From contig JAGWAR010000001.1 in assembly GCA_021296325.1 (NCBI GenBank), positions 151,159 to 215,158 on the forward strand: DNA of 64,000 nucleotides, given 5' to 3'. Shown one piece after another: positions 9,406 to 19,882 of this stretch. The first letter of the stretch is position 1. The number at the start of each line of letters is the position of its first letter. The DNA comes from Alphaproteobacteria bacterium. GTDB lineage: Bacteria > Pseudomonadota > Alphaproteobacteria > GCA-2746255. The position numbers and the translations under genes were made by a program. The notes below the pieces were generated by a model. The model did no database searches. It was not told where the DNA came from and was given only the letters and a program-made list of their open reading frames with translations.

Positions 9406-10935
9406 ATGGTCGCGCGGATCGCCACCGTCGCGTTCACCGGCATCGACGTAAGGGAAGTCGACGTTCAGGTGCGGATCGCCAACGGGCTGCCGGCCTTCAC
9501 GATCGTGGGCCTGGCCGACAAGGCGGTGGGTGAATCGCGCGAGCGCGTCCGCGCCGCCCTCGAATCGATGGGGCTGTCGCTGCCGCCGAAACGGATCACC
9601 GTCAATTTGGCGCCCGCCGATCTCCTGAAGGAAGGCAGCCATTTCGATCTGCCCATCGCGCTGGCGCTTTTGGCCGCCATGGGCGTCTTGGCGGCCGACG
9701 GGATCGCCGAATATTTCGCCATGGGCGAACTTTCCCTCGACGGGGGGTTGAGCGCCGGGGCCGGCGTTTTGCCGGCCGCGATCGCAGCCTCGGCGAAGGG
9801 CCGTGGCTTCATCTGCCCGGGGCCCTGTGGCCCGGAGGCGGCCTTCGCCGAAGGGATCGAGGTGCTGGCGCCGCCGAGCCTGCTGGCGCTGCTCAACCAT
9901 TTCAAGGGAAGCCAGGTGCTCTCCCCGCCCCTGCCCGAGCTGGAGGCGGCGGCGGAAACCTATCTCGACCTGGCCGACGTGAAGGGCCAGGAAACCGCCA
10001 AGCGGGCCCTGGAGATCAGCGCCGCCGGGGGCCACAACCTCTTGATGATCGGCCCGCCGGGGGCCGGCAAATCGCTGCTTGCCCAACGGCTTCCAGGCTT
10101 GCTGCCGCCGCTCGATTCGCGGGAGGCGCTGGAAGTCAGCATGATCCAGAGCGTCGCCGGCGAGCTTCGGGAAAGGCGCCTTTCGAAACGCCGGCCCTTT
10201 CGGGATCCCCACCATTCCGCCTCGCTGCCGGCCCTGGTCGGCGGCGGCGCCAAGGCTCGGCCCGGCGAGGTGTCGCTCGCCCATCACGGCATCCTGTTCC
10301 TGGACGAGCTGCCGGAATTTTCGCGCCAGACCCTGGAGGCGCTGCGCCAGCCGCTGGAGGCGGGCCGGGTCAGCATCGCCCGGGCCAACGCGCACGTGAC
10401 CTACCCGGCCCGGGTGCAGTTGGTAGCCGCGATGAACCCCTGCCGCTGCGGCTATTTCGGGGATCCGACCCAGGATTGCGGACGGGCACCGAAATGCGCC
10501 GTCGAGTATCAGGCGAAAATTTCCGGGCCGCTGTTCGACCGCATCGACCTGCACGTCGACGTGCCGGCCGTGGCGGCGGACGATCTCGCCTTGCCGGCGG
10601 CGACGGAAAATTCCGAAGCCGTGCGCGCCCGCGTGATCGCCGCCCGCAAGCGCCAGACGGACCGCTATGCCAAGCTTGCGCCCGACGCCGGCGTTCGCGT
10701 GAACGCGGAAGCCGATGGCGAATTGCTGGAAGACGTGGCGCACCCCGATGCGCAAGGAAAGGCATTGCTTGGCGAGGCGGTGGAGAAACTGAAACTGACG
10801 GCCAGGGGCTATCACCGCATCCTGCGCGTCGCCCGCACGCTGGCCGATCTGGAAGGAAGCGACAACGTGAACCGTCTTCACATCGCCGAGGCGCTGACCT
10901 TCCGGCGCATCGTGCCGGGAAGAAGCCCGCTTTAG
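9406..10935 (+). CDS. comM: YifB/ComM family Mg-chelatase-like AAA+ ATPase
   Basis: 509-aa ORF with Walker A GPPGAGKS, HHGILFLDELPEF and the C-terminal Mg-chelatase ChlI domain. Confidence 0.9.
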   Translation: MVARIATVAFTGIDVREVDVQVRIANGLPAFTIVGLADKAVGESRERVRAALESMGLSLPPKRITVNLAPADLLKEGSHFDLPIALALLAAMGVLAADGIAEYFAMGELSLDGGLSAGAGVLPAAIAASAKGRGFICPGPCGPEAAFAEGIEVLAPPSLLALLNHFKGSQVLSPPLPELEAAAETYLDLADVKGQETAKRALEISAAGGHNLLMIGPPGAGKSLLAQRLPGLLPPLDSREALEVSMIQSVAGELRERRLSKRRPFRDPHHSASLPALVGGGAKARPGEVSLAHHGILFLDELPEFSRQTLEALRQPLEAGRVSIARANAHVTYPARVQLVAAMNPCRCGYFGDPTQDCGRAPKCAVEYQAKISGPLFDRIDLHVDVPAVAADDLALPAATENSEAVRARVIAARKRQTDRYAKLAPDAGVRVNAEADGELLEDVAHPDAQGKALLGEAVEKLKLTARGYHRILRVARTLADLEGSDNVNRLHIAEALTFRRIVPGRSPL

Positions 10936-11297
10936 CCTTTCGGCAGGCTGATCATCCGGCCCAGTTGCGTGCCGCCGAAAACGTGCACATGAAAATGCGG
11001 CACTTCCTGATGCGCGTTCGCGCCATGATTGGCGAGGATGCGATAACCGCCTTCTTCCAATCCAAGTTCGCGCGCGACCTTGCCGACGGCACGAAAGAAA
11101 CCGGCGATTTCTTCCGGCGTTGCGCGATCGGAAAAATCCGCCATCGAAACGTAGTCCCCCTTCGGGATCACCAGCACGTGCACCGGTGCCTGGGGATTGA
11201 TGTCGTGAAAGGCGAGCGCGTGATCGTCTTCATGGACCTTGTCGCAGGGAATCTCGCCGCGCAGGATCTTCGCAAAGATGTTGTTCGGATCGTACAT
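10932..11297 (-). CDS. HIT family protein (histidine triad nucleotide-binding)
   Basis: Contains the HVHVH... histidine triad (HFHVHVFGG). The ATG at 11297 (MYDPNNIF) is preferred over the upstream GTG at 11306. Confidence 0.85.
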   Translation of the reverse strand: MYDPNNIFAKILRGEIPCDKVHEDDHALAFHDINPQAPVHVLVIPKGDYVSMADFSDRATPEEIAGFFRAVGKVARELGLEEGGYRILANHGANAHQEVPHFHVHVFGGTQLGRMISLPKG

Positions 11298-11302
11298 GGC
11301 GT

Positions 11303-11641
11303 TCACGCCTTCCCTCGCCGCGCGTTTTTTTCCTCGATCCCGGACGTGCCCTCCCGGCGTTTGAGCTCGTCGAAGACCTCTTCCAGCGTCACGTCTTTCG
11401 CCGCCAGAAGCGTGAGCAGGTGATAAAGCAAATCCGCGCTTTCGTGAACGAGGGCGGCACGGTCCTGTTGCGTGGCGGCGAGGATCGTTTCCGCCGTTTC
11501 CTCGTCGAGCTTGGCGGCGATCTTGTCGACCCCTTCCGCCAGCAACTGCGCCGTGTAGGAGCTTTCCGGGTCGGCCCCCCGGCGGCTTTCGATCACCGCG
11601 AAAAGCCGGGAAAGAACCGCCTCTTTTTTCGCATCCGTCAT
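11303..11641 (-). CDS. hisE: Phosphoribosyl-ATP pyrophosphatase HisE
   Basis: About 112 aa with HisE motifs (SYTAQLL, ESADLLYHLLVLL-like). ATG at 11641. It is the terminal gene of the his operon. Confidence 0.85.
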   Translation of the reverse strand: MTDAKKEAVLSRLFAVIESRRGADPESSYTAQLLAEGVDKIAAKLDEETAETILAATQQDRAALVHESADLLYHLLTLLAAKDVTLEEVFDELKRREGTSGIEEKNARRGKA

Positions 11642-11674
11642 GAAAGGCACCTTAAACGCGCCATGCCGAAAGGG

Positions 11675-12448
11675 CTAGATTTGCGAGTGCGTCTGGCGGA
11701 CCGGAATCCCGGCCGCCGCCAGATGGGCCTTTGCCTCGTGGATCGCGTGCTCGCCGAAATGGAAGATGGAGGCGGCCAAGAGGCCCCAGGCGTGCCCCTC
11801 GCGCACGCCTTCGACGAAGTGATCGAGATTGCCGACCCCGCCCGAGGCGATGATGGGGATCGGCACGGCGTCCGCGACCTGCCGGGTAAGCGCGATCTCG
11901 AACCCTTTCCGCGTGCCGTCCCGGTCCATCGAGGTCAGCAGAATTTCACCGGCGCCGGAAGCCGCCATGCGTTTCGCCCATTCGATGGCATCGATGCCGG
12001 TTTCCTTCCGCCCGCCATGAGTGAAAATCTCGTAACGGCCGGAAGAAACGCGTTTCGCGTCCAACGCGACGACGATGCATTGGGTGCCGAAGCGCATCGC
12101 CGCTTCCGAAACGAATTCGGGCCTTTCGATGGCGGCGGTGTTGATCGAAACCTTGTCGGCGCCGGCCAGCAAGAGGCGGCGGATGTCGTCCGTCGTCCGG
12201 ACGCCGCCGCCCACCGTCAGCGGCATGAAGCAGCGCTCCGCCGTGCCGGCAACGACGTCGTAGATGGTTTCGCGGTTTTCATGAGACGCCGTGATGTCGA
12301 GAAAGCAAAGTTCGTCCGCTTCCTCGCGGTCGTAGATCGTCGCCTGTTCGACCGGATCGCCGGCGTCTTTCAGATCGACGAAGTTGACGCCCTTGACGAC
12401 GCGGCCGTCCTTGACGTCGAGACAGGGAATGATGCGCGCCTTAAGCAT
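11675..12448 (-). CDS. hisF: Imidazole glycerol phosphate synthase cyclase subunit HisF
   Basis: Starts at [20 protein letters not shown] and carries the classic HisF (beta/alpha)8 motifs. The ORF track's N-terminal extension is discarded. Confidence 0.95.
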   Translation of the reverse strand: MLKARIIPCLDVKDGRVVKGVNFVDLKDAGDPVEQATIYDREEADELCFLDITASHENRETIYDVVAGTAERCFMPLTVGGGVRTTDDIRRLLLAGADKVSINTAAIERPEFVSEAAMRFGTQCIVVALDAKRVSSGRYEIFTHGGRKETGIDAIEWAKRMAASGAGEILLTSMDRDGTRKGFEIALTRQVADAVPIPIIASGGVGNLDHFVEGVREGHAWGLLAASIFHFGEHAIHEAKAHLAAAGIPVRQTHSQI

Positions 12449-13175
12449 CCGTCTCCTCCGCCATGCGCAGGGCTTCCTTGGGATCGATCCGGCCGTCGTA
12501 AAGGGCGCGGCCGATAATGGCACCGGCGATGCCGCTTGCCTCGCATGCCTTCAAGGCGCGCACGTCGTCGAGCGAGGCAAAGCCGCCCGAGGCGATGACC
12601 GGAACGTCCAACGCCTCGGCCAGCGCCGCCGTCGCCTCGAGGTTGGGCCCCCGCATCGTGCCGTCGCGCTGAATGTCCGTGTAGATGATCGCGGCGACGT
12701 TCGCGTCCTCATAGCGACGGGCGAGGTCAAGCGCCTTCACTTCGGTTGCCTCTTTCCAGCCTTTCGTCGCAACGCGGCCCTGCCAGGCGTCGATGCCGAC
12801 GGCGATCTTTTCCGGGTGCCGCCGCGCCGCCTCGACGACGAGGTCGGGCTGCTCGAGGGCAATCGTGCCAAGCACGACGCGGGAAATGCCGGCGGCAAGC
12901 CAGGCCTCGATCGCGTCCAGATCCCGGATGCCGCCGCCAAGCTGCACGGGAAGCGCGATTGCCTCGACAATTTTGCGAACGGCATCTCCGTTCACCGCCC
13001 GGCCCGCCACCGCGCCGTCGAGATCGACGACGTGGAGCCAGGCGAAGCCCGCCGCGGCGAAGCTTTTCGCCTGGGCCGACGGGTCGTCGTTGAAGCGCAC
13101 GACCTTTTCCATGTCGCCCTGCCACAGGCGCACGCAGGCGCCGTCCTTCAGATCGATGGCCGGATAAAGAATCAT
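12441..13175 (-). CDS. hisA: 1-(5-phosphoribosyl)-5-[(5-phosphoribosylamino)methylideneamino]imidazole-4-carboxamide isomerase HisA
   Basis: Starts at [12 protein letters not shown] (ATG 13173-13175 confirmed). Overlaps the hisF start by 8 nt. Confidence 0.95.
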   Translation of the reverse strand: MILYPAIDLKDGACVRLWQGDMEKVVRFNDDPSAQAKSFAAAGFAWLHVVDLDGAVAGRAVNGDAVRKIVEAIALPVQLGGGIRDLDAIEAWLAAGISRVVLGTIALEQPDLVVEAARRHPEKIAVGIDAWQGRVATKGWKEATEVKALDLARRYEDANVAAIIYTDIQRDGTMRGPNLEATAALAEALDVPVIASGGFASLDDVRALKACEASGIAGAIIGRALYDGRIDPKEALRMAEETDA

Positions 13176-13176
13176 C

Positions 13177-13821
13177 TTACGGCCGCCAGCGCAGGAAATT
13201 GGCCAGCAGGCGAAGGCCGACGCGCTGGCTTTTTTCCGGGTGAAACTGGGTGCCGGCCAGGTTGTCCCGGCCGACCGCGGCGGTGACCGGGCCGCCGTAA
13301 TCGACGGTGGCGAGCAGCTCGTTCCCGTGGGCCGGCGCCAGGGCGAAGCTGTGCACGAAATAGGCGTGCGCGCCCGCCGGAATCCCCTTGAAAAGCGGGT
13401 GATCCGGGGCCTCGAAGGCAAGCTCGTTCCAGCCCATATGCGGCACCTTCAATGCTTTTTCCCTTGGCGCGACCGGCACGACCTCGCCCTCGATCCAGCC
13501 GAAGCCGGGATGCGTGCCGTGCTCGTGACTCTTGTCCGCCATCAGCTGCATGCCGACGCAGATGCCGAGGAAGGGACGCGGCTTCGTGACGGCGATTTCC
13601 TGAAGCGCCTCTTCCATGCCCGAAAGTTTGGCAAGCCCGGCCCGGCAATCCGCAAAGGCGCCGACGCCGGGAAGAACGACGTGGGTGGCGCGCTTTACCA
13701 CCTCGGCCTTCGCCGTCACCTCGATCGAAAGGTCGAGCGCCTCTTCGCGCGCCGCAGCCTCCAGCGCCTTTGCCGCCGAACGCAGATTGCCCGAACCGTA
13801 ATCGATGATGGCGACGCTCAT
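13177..13821 (-). CDS. hisH: Imidazole glycerol phosphate synthase glutaminase subunit HisH
   Basis: 214-aa ORF starting [15 protein letters not shown], with the GATase catalytic C in GICVGMQ and the H...E pair. Confidence 0.95.
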   Translation of the reverse strand: MSVAIIDYGSGNLRSAAKALEAAAREEALDLSIEVTAKAEVVKRATHVVLPGVGAFADCRAGLAKLSGMEEALQEIAVTKPRPFLGICVGMQLMADKSHEHGTHPGFGWIEGEVVPVAPREKALKVPHMGWNELAFEAPDHPLFKGIPAGAHAYFVHSFALAPAHGNELLATVDYGGPVTAAVGRDNLAGTQFHPEKSQRVGLRLLANFLRWRP

Positions 13822-14195
13822 CGGGCGTGATCGTAGTAGCGCCGCGCAGCAGTCTCGCGGGTTTCCCCGCTTACGACGCCTTCAAACGCGTAACCCTTGG
13901 ACCGAAGCGTCCGCCGCCGCCAGTCATTGGCGAAGAACCCGACGATCACGAGATAGCCGAACAGAACGATGCCGCGCACCACCGGATCGACGCCAAGCGC
14001 CGTGAGTCCAACGTTCAGCGCAAGCTGAACCGCGATCAAAACGACACCGGCCAGCCACATCCGGTTCCAGAAGGCCCACAGGCCGGTGAAGAAGAAGGCC
14101 GGCCAGGCAAAGGCCTCTTTCACGAAGACGGTTTCCGCCTCGTCTCTTTCGTTTACGGGGTCGAACCGATGGACCGTATAGATCGCCATCGTCAA
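13818..14195 (-). CDS. DUF2628 family small membrane protein embedded in the his operon
   Basis: 125-aa ORF with two hydrophobic helices. It sits between hisB and hisH as in many alphaproteobacteria. TTG at 14195 or ATG at 14189. Confidence 0.7.
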   Translation of the reverse strand: MTMAIYTVHRFDPVNERDEAETVFVKEAFAWPAFFFTGLWAFWNRMWLAGVVLIAVQLALNVGLTALGVDPVVRGIVLFGYLVIVGFFANDWRRRTLRSKGYAFEGVVSGETRETAARRYYDHAR

Positions 14196-14213
14196 TCCAG
14201 CCTTGCTGCGTAA

Positions 14214-14813
14214 TTAAAGCGAACCGCCGAGGACGCCCTTCGTGGACGGAACCTCTTCCGCCTGCCGGGGATCGACCGCAATCGCCATGCGAAGTGCCCG
14301 CGCCAATCCCTTGAAACACGACTCGATAATGTGGTGCGTGTTTTCCCCGTATAGGTTCTCTATATGAAGCGTGATCCCGGCGGCTTGCGCGAACGCCTGA
14401 AACCATTCCTTGAAAAGTTCGACGTCCATGTCGCCCACTTTCGGGCGGTCGAACTGCACTTTCCAGATCAGGTAGGGCCGCATGGACGCGTCCAGCACGA
14501 CACGGGTCAGCGTTTCGTCCATCGGAATGGTGGCCACGCCGTAACGGACGATGCCACGCCGTTCGCCAAGCGCGTCGCTCACCGCCTGGCCGATGACGAT
14601 GCCGGTGTCTTCCGTCGTGTGATGTCCGTCGATGCGCAGATCGCCTTCGGCTTTCAGCGTGATATCGATCAGGCTGTGGCGGGAAAGCTGCTCCAGCATG
14701 TGATCGAGGAAACCGATCCCGGTCGTCACGTCGTAAAGACCGGTGCCGTCCAGGTCGATTTCCGCCTGGATCCGCGTTTCCTTCGTTTTGCGCTCGACGC
14801 GCGCTTGGCGCAT
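14214..14813 (-). CDS. hisB: Imidazoleglycerol-phosphate dehydratase HisB
   Basis: 199 aa from [13 protein letters not shown] (ATG 14811-14813 confirmed). Contains the IGPD motifs DGHHTTED and HHIIES. The 615-aa track ORF is a spurious extension. Confidence 0.95.
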   Translation of the reverse strand: MRQARVERKTKETRIQAEIDLDGTGLYDVTTGIGFLDHMLEQLSRHSLIDITLKAEGDLRIDGHHTTEDTGIVIGQAVSDALGERRGIVRYGVATIPMDETLTRVVLDASMRPYLIWKVQFDRPKVGDMDVELFKEWFQAFAQAAGITLHIENLYGENTHHIIESCFKGLARALRMAIAVDPRQAEEVPSTKGVLGGSL

Positions 14814-14908
14814 GGCCCGCGTCCTCGTGTTGGGTCCGATTCGCGCCGTTCTACCAAGATCCAAGGGAAACCGCCAGCCTTCCCGCTTTTCGCCTTGGGC
14901 GACGCGGC

Positions 14909-14936
14909 CTTGACCTGGGTCGCCGATTCCCCACAT
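14909..14936 (+). promoter_or_regulatory. Putative RpoH (sigma32)-type heat-shock promoter for hslVU
   Basis: CTTGACC (14909-14915), 13-nt spacer, CCCCACAT (14929-14936). This resembles CTTGAA-N13-15-CCCCATNT. It lies about 55 nt upstream of the hslV ATG, with an AGAAGGAA RBS. Confidence 0.35.
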
Positions 14937-14990
14937 CTTTGGGTGAGACATCACCCCGCCCACCCCGATCCCCCTGCTCAAGAAGGAACG

Positions 14991-15539
14991 ATGGCCGAAA
15001 GCGACGCGAAGACCTGGCACGGGACGACGATCCTCTGCGTACAGAAGGGGGGTCACACCGTCATTGCCGGCGACGGCCAGGTGAGCCTCGGCAACACCGT
15101 CGTCAAGACGACCGCCAGGAAGGTCCGCCGGCTCTCCGATGGCAAGGTCATCTCCGGCTTCGCGGGCGCGACGGCGGACGCGTTCGCCCTTTTCGAGCGG
15201 CTGGAGGCCCGGCTGGAGCAGCACCCCGGCCAGTTGACCCGGGCCGCCGTCGAGATGGCGAAGGACTGGCGGACGGACCGTTACCTGCGCCGCCTCGAAG
15301 CGATGATGGCGGTCGCCGACAAGGACGCGGCCCTGTTGATTTCCGGCACCGGCGACGTGCTGGAGCCTGAGGACGGGCTGATCGGCATCGGATCGGGCGG
15401 TAATTTCGCGCTGGCCGCGGCCCGGGCGCTGATGACGGCCTCGGAGCTGGACGCCGAGGCGGTCGCGCGGCGCGCCATGGAAATCGCCGCCGGCATCTGC
15501 GTCTATACGAACACCAATCTCACCATCGAAACGATCTAG
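14991..15539 (+). CDS. hslV: ATP-dependent protease subunit HslV (ClpQ)
   Basis: 182 aa. The mature N-terminal Thr follows [18 protein letters not shown] at 14991 confirmed. Confidence 0.95.
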   Translation: MAESDAKTWHGTTILCVQKGGHTVIAGDGQVSLGNTVVKTTARKVRRLSDGKVISGFAGATADAFALFERLEARLEQHPGQLTRAAVEMAKDWRTDRYLRRLEAMMAVADKDAALLISGTGDVLEPEDGLIGIGSGGNFALAAARALMTASELDAEAVARRAMEIAAGICVYTNTNLTIETI

Positions 15540-15542
15540 GCG

Positions 15543-16865
15543 ATGAACGCCCACCGCGCTTTCTTCTCTCCCAGGGAGATCGTCTCCGAACTTGACCGTT
15601 ACATCGTCGGTCAGGACGACGCCAAGCGCGCCGTCGCGATTGCGCTTCGCAATCGCTGGCGGCGCCAGCAACTGCCGGAGGCGCTGCGCGAAGAAGTGTT
15701 GCCGAAGAACATTCTGATGATCGGACCCACCGGTTGCGGCAAGACGGAAATTGCCCGCCGCCTGGCGCGGCTTGCCCAAGCACCTTTCCTGAAGGTGGAG
15801 GCAACGAAATTTACGGAAGTGGGTTACGTCGGGCGCGACGTCGAACAGATCGTCCGCGACCTTCTCGAAACCGCGCTTCTGATGACACGGGAAAGGATGC
15901 GCCGCGACGTGGCGGCGAAAGCGGAAGAACTTGCCGAAGAACGCCTGCTGAACGCGCTGGTCGGTGACGATGCGTCGCCCGAGACCCGCGAAAAGTTCCG
16001 GCGCATGTTGCGCGCCGGCGAACTCGACAATCGTGAAATCGAACTGGAGCTTTCCGATCACGGCACCGCCTCAATGCCGACCATCGAGGTTCCGGGCATG
16101 CCAGGCGCGCAGATGGGCATGCTCAATCTGGGCGACATCTTCGGCAAGGCCTTCGGCGGACAACGCAAAGCGAAGCGGCTGACGATTCCCCAGGCGACGG
16201 AAGCGCTGCTGGCGGAAGAAAGCGACAAGCTTCTCGATCAAGACCGCGTGCTCAAGGAAGCGATCGCCGAGACGGAACAGAACGGCATCGTCTTTCTGGA
16301 CGAGATCGACAAGATCACCGCGCGTTCCGACATTCGCGGCGCGGAAGTAAGCCGCGAAGGCGTGCAGCGGGACCTGTTGCCGCTGATCGAGGGAACGACG
16401 GTGGCGACGAAACATGGTGCCGTGAAGACGGACCATATTCTGTTCATCGCCTCGGGCGCCTTCCATCTGGCGAAACCTTCCGATCTGCTTCCGGAACTGC
16501 AGGGCCGGCTTCCCATACGGGTCGAGCTGAAGGCCCTGACGAAGGCCGATTTCGTGCGGATTTTGACCGAACCGGAGGCAAGCCTGGTCACCCAGTACCG
16601 CGCCCTGCTGGCGACGGAGGAGGTGACGCTCGACTTCACGGAGGATGCCATCGGCGAGATCGCCGGCATCGCCTCGGACGTAAACCGTAACGTCGAGAAC
16701 ATCGGGGCAAGGCGGCTGCACACGATCATGGAGCGGCTTTTGGAAGAGATCAGCTTCACGGCCACCGACCGAAGCGGCGAACGGATCGAGATCGACGCGA
16801 ACTACGTCCGCGAGCGGGTCGGCGATCTGGCCAAGAACGCCGACCTTTCGAAGTTCATTCTTTAG
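15543..16865 (+). CDS. hslU: ATP-dependent protease ATPase subunit HslU (ClpY)
   Basis: 440-aa ORF with Walker [16 protein letters not shown] and an HslU I-domain. It starts 3 nt after hslV. Confidence 0.95.
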   Translation: MNAHRAFFSPREIVSELDRYIVGQDDAKRAVAIALRNRWRRQQLPEALREEVLPKNILMIGPTGCGKTEIARRLARLAQAPFLKVEATKFTEVGYVGRDVEQIVRDLLETALLMTRERMRRDVAAKAEELAEERLLNALVGDDASPETREKFRRMLRAGELDNREIELELSDHGTASMPTIEVPGMPGAQMGMLNLGDIFGKAFGGQRKAKRLTIPQATEALLAEESDKLLDQDRVLKEAIAETEQNGIVFLDEIDKITARSDIRGAEVSREGVQRDLLPLIEGTTVATKHGAVKTDHILFIASGAFHLAKPSDLLPELQGRLPIRVELKALTKADFVRILTEPEASLVTQYRALLATEEVTLDFTEDAIGEIAGIASDVNRNVENIGARRLHTIMERLLEEISFTATDRSGERIEIDANYVRERVGDLAKNADLSKFIL

Positions 16866-16874
16866 GCGCCCCGC

Positions 16875-17240
16875 TTACTTCTGCTTCCCGTCGTTCCGAA
16901 GAATTTGCAAAAGCCGGTCGATCGTTGCCTCCGGCAGGTGACGGATGCGCCGCGCAAATTCGTTGGCAAGCTCGGTCGTCTTCGGGGGAAGACCCGCGGT
17001 ATCGACCGTGACGCGCGGGTCCGAAAGCCGGACGAGAGCGTCGAGTTCTTCCTGTTCCTCCCAACCAAGCTCGAAATAGGTGGCAATCTGCAACACCAGC
17101 ATGCGTCGCGGGCGGCCGCGTTTGCCATGTTCGAGCGCGGAAAGATAGGCGGCGGAAATCTGCAAATCTTCCGCCATGCGTTTCAGCGTCAATTCGCGGG
17201 CGGCGCGAAGCTCGCGCATTTTGGCACCGAAGGGTGTCAT
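16875..17240 (-). CDS. XRE-family helix-turn-helix transcriptional regulator
   Basis: 121 aa from MTPFGAKMRELRAARELTLKRMAEDLQISAAYLSALEHG (HTH_3 signature). ATG confirmed at 17238-17240. The longer track ORF overlaps smr in another frame and is rejected. Confidence 0.75.
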   Translation of the reverse strand: MTPFGAKMRELRAARELTLKRMAEDLQISAAYLSALEHGKRGRPRRMLVLQIATYFELGWEEQEELDALVRLSDPRVTVDTAGLPPKTTELANEFARRIRHLPEATIDRLLQILRNDGKQK

Positions 17241-17782
17241 GGTTTGGGCCGCGCCTTTCGCAGGCGAACGTAAAGGGCGCCCGCCCCGCCGTGACGGTCC
17301 TTCGCCTTCGAATGATCGAGCACGATGGCGGCAAGGGGGGATTCCTGAAGCCAGCGCGGCACGTTTTTGCGAAGCACGCCGCCGCCTTCCTTGGCCGACC
17401 CCTTGCCGGTGACGATGAGGACCGTGCGCTTGCCCTCCCGCTGGGCGCGCGGCAAAGCGGCGTTGAGCGTCCGGTGGGCCTCGGCCTGGGTCATGCCGTG
17501 CAGATCGAGCGTTGCCTCGATGGCAAGCTGGCCGCGTTTTAACCGCAGGGACGAACGCCGGTCGTGACCGGCCTTTTGCGCAGTCTCCTTCGGCGCAGGT
17601 TCCTTCTTCGGCGCAACGGCTGCTGGCGGCGGCGGTTTCTTTGGTGGCGGCGCCGGCGGTGTTTTTTTCGAAGGCCCGGATTTCGCAATCCGCTTCTTCG
17701 AACCCAGCGGACGCGTTCCCGCCTTCACGGAACGCCAAAGCTCGTCCTCTGCCGCCGGCTTGTCCTTCGAGGGAGGCGCCAT
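17237..17782 (-). CDS. Smr-domain protein (small MutS-related nuclease domain)
   Basis: 181 aa with a Pro/Lys-rich low-complexity N-terminal half and a C-terminal Smr domain (TLDLHGMTQAEA...VLIVTGKG...LRKNVPRWLQ). Its stop overlaps the HTH start (ATGA). Confidence 0.85.
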   Translation of the reverse strand: MAPPSKDKPAAEDELWRSVKAGTRPLGSKKRIAKSGPSKKTPPAPPPKKPPPPAAVAPKKEPAPKETAQKAGHDRRSSLRLKRGQLAIEATLDLHGMTQAEAHRTLNAALPRAQREGKRTVLIVTGKGSAKEGGGVLRKNVPRWLQESPLAAIVLDHSKAKDRHGGAGALYVRLRKARPKP

Positions 17783-17783
17783 C

Positions 17784-18467
17784 CTATTCGCCTTCGCTTA
17801 CATAAATCCGAAGCTGTTTCGGCCCGTGGGCGCCAAGCTGCATCTGCTGTTCGATGTCGGCGGTGCGTGACGGGCCGGTCACGAACATGGCGGCCGAGGG
17901 AAGGCCGGGGACCTCCCGCCGCAACGCGGCAAGGGCTTCCTCCATCGTGCCGAAGAGGCGCGATACGGGCAGCAGCACGACGTGCAGATCAGCAAGCAGG
18001 TGGACCGACATCGGGCTTTCGGGCGTGGCGACCAGCAGCAGGCTTCCCGTTTCGGCGATGCCGGCGGCGGCCACGGCGATGCTGGCCCGCGTCCCCTCGT
18101 CGGCGCGGCCGTGGCGCAGCGCGATCCCGGCTTCTTCCCAGGGCAGGCCGTCCAGCAGGGGATCGGCCGTGGCAAGCAGGCCTTCGTTGCCCCTGTTTTC
18201 GCGAACCAGCGGCGCCACTTGTTCGGGCAACTCTGCGGCGGAAGCGATGCGGGCCGTTTCCGCCTTGGCCTCGGCGGCCATCCGCAGAAAAAGCGCGACC
18301 GTCGCCTCGCCCGCAACCCTGCCGCGGGCCGGCAGCGGGTGGACGGGCGGGTCGGCGAGGCGGCCATCCACCTCCGCCCGCATGGCGCGAAGGCGTTCCG
18401 GCGGGGCGGCGGGGCGCCCGAGGCGTTCCCGAAGGCGGCCCAGAATGGCGGCGCGCGCTTCCGTCAT
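17784..18467 (-). CDS. lutC: Lactate utilization protein C (LutC/YkgG, LUD domain)
   Basis: 227 aa from MTEARAAILGRL. Has the LUD-domain C-terminus (AAMFVTGPSRTADIEQ). Overlaps the lutB stop by 4 nt. Confidence 0.85.
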   Translation of the reverse strand: MTEARAAILGRLRERLGRPAAPPERLRAMRAEVDGRLADPPVHPLPARGRVAGEATVALFLRMAAEAKAETARIASAAELPEQVAPLVRENRGNEGLLATADPLLDGLPWEEAGIALRHGRADEGTRASIAVAAAGIAETGSLLLVATPESPMSVHLLADLHVVLLPVSRLFGTMEEALAALRREVPGLPSAAMFVTGPSRTADIEQQMQLGAHGPKQLRIYVSEGE

Positions 18468-19879
18468 GGCCGCCGCTTCCTTTGGCCGCGAAAGGCCGCC
18501 TGAAAGGTCGTGCCTTCGGGGGCCGGAAACCGCCCGCCCCAGCCGCCGGCCCGGGGCCAGACCCGGAGGAAGCCCCGCCTTCGGCCACGCCGCGCAAAGG
18601 CGACGCCAAGCCGGGCCAGGCCGTGATAAAGGGCCGGGCGGCGGGCGCAAAAGGCCCAGAGGCCAAGGGAAAGCCGGGCCAGGAGCGGGGGGCTGCCCGC
18701 CCGGGCCTGGCCCTCGCGCAGGCGGCGCAACAGGCTCACCAGCGGAATGCGCATCGGGCAGACCTCTTCGCAGCGCCCGCAGAAGGTGGAGGCATTGGGA
18801 AGGGGCACCGCCCGCTCGCGCCCTTCCAGCAGCGGCGTCAGCACGGCCCCCATCGGGCCCGTATAGACCGCGCCATAAGCATGGCCCCCCGTCACGCCAT
18901 AGACGGGACAGTGGTTGAGACAGGCCCCGCAGCGGATGCAACGCAACATGTCCTCGAACTCGCTTTTCAAAAGCGCGCTGCGCCCATTGTCGAGCAGCAG
19001 CACGTGGAAGGCTTCGGGCCCGTCCACCTCGCCCGGCCTCCTCGGGCCGGAGACGAAGCTGGTATAGGTCGCCGCTTCCTGGCCCGTCGCCGAACGGCTT
19101 AACAGGCGCAGGATCACCGACGCGTCCAGCAGGGTCGGCACGATTTTTTCGATGCTGGCGATCACGATGTGCACGCGCGGCAGGGTCCGTGCAAGATCGA
19201 TGTTTCCCTCGTTCGAAAGAAGAACGACGCTTCCCGTTTCGGCAACCAGAAGGTTGGCGCCGCTGATGCCGACATCGGCGGAAAGAAACCGCCGGCGCAT
19301 GATCTGCCGCGCTTCGTCGACCAGCTCGCGCGGCGCGTCCAGGGAACGGTCGGGCGAAAAATCCGCATGGCGCTGCCGAAACGTGTCGGCGATCTGGCCG
19401 CGCTTCAAGTGAATGGCGGGCGCGATGATGTGGCTGGGCGGTTCCTTGCGAAGCTGGATGATGTACTCGCCAAGGTCCGTCTCGACCGGCTCAACCCCGT
19501 TCGCATTCAGAAAATCGTTGATGGCGATTTCTTCCGTGATCATGGACTTGGCCTTCACCACCGTCCTTGCGCCCACGTCCTTGCAAATTGAAAGAATGGT
19601 TTCGCGCGCCTCTTCGTTCGTCCCGCACCTGTGAACGCGAACGCCATTTGCTTCGACCTTGCTTTCGAACCGCTCGAGATAGAAATCGAGCAGCCCGAGC
19701 GTATGGTCCTTGATGGCCACGGCGCGGTCCTGGAGATCCGAAAATTCCGGCAGGCGGGCAACGGCGTGGGTGCGTTTTTCCTGAAAGCCGCGTTTCAGGT
19801 TTTTCAGCGCGTCCTGAAGGTCGGCGTCCTTCAGCGCACGGGCGGAACGTTCGCGAAAGGCGTTCGAGGTGATCTCCAT
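18464..19879 (-). CDS. lutB: Lactate utilization protein B (LutB/YkgF), iron-sulfur cluster-binding
   Basis: 471-aa ORF with two 4Fe-4S ferredoxin motifs (CIRCGACLNHCP and CGRCEEVCP) and an N-terminal LUD/DUF162 region. ATG at 19877-19879. Confidence 0.9.
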   Translation of the reverse strand: MEITSNAFRERSARALKDADLQDALKNLKRGFQEKRTHAVARLPEFSDLQDRAVAIKDHTLGLLDFYLERFESKVEANGVRVHRCGTNEEARETILSICKDVGARTVVKAKSMITEEIAINDFLNANGVEPVETDLGEYIIQLRKEPPSHIIAPAIHLKRGQIADTFRQRHADFSPDRSLDAPRELVDEARQIMRRRFLSADVGISGANLLVAETGSVVLLSNEGNIDLARTLPRVHIVIASIEKIVPTLLDASVILRLLSRSATGQEAATYTSFVSGPRRPGEVDGPEAFHVLLLDNGRSALLKSEFEDMLRCIRCGACLNHCPVYGVTGGHAYGAVYTGPMGAVLTPLLEGRERAVPLPNASTFCGRCEEVCPMRIPLVSLLRRLREGQARAGSPPLLARLSLGLWAFCARRPALYHGLARLGVAFARRGRRRGFLRVWPRAGGWGGRFPAPEGTTFQAAFRGQRKRRP

Positions 19880-19882
19880 CCC

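Noticed and set aside
17564-19102. Long Arg/Pro/Gly-rich antisense ORFs (for example 17564-19102 +, 5891-7480 -, 9007-10881 -, 43705-44640 -, 47395-48255 +, 55317-56573 +) listed in the six-frame track
   Set aside because: They lie opposite or out of frame to strongly conserved genes. Their composition is Arg/Gly/Pro/Ala-dominated, as expected for stop-poor antisense frames of 65% GC DNA, and they have no recognisable domains. They are artefacts of the high GC content.
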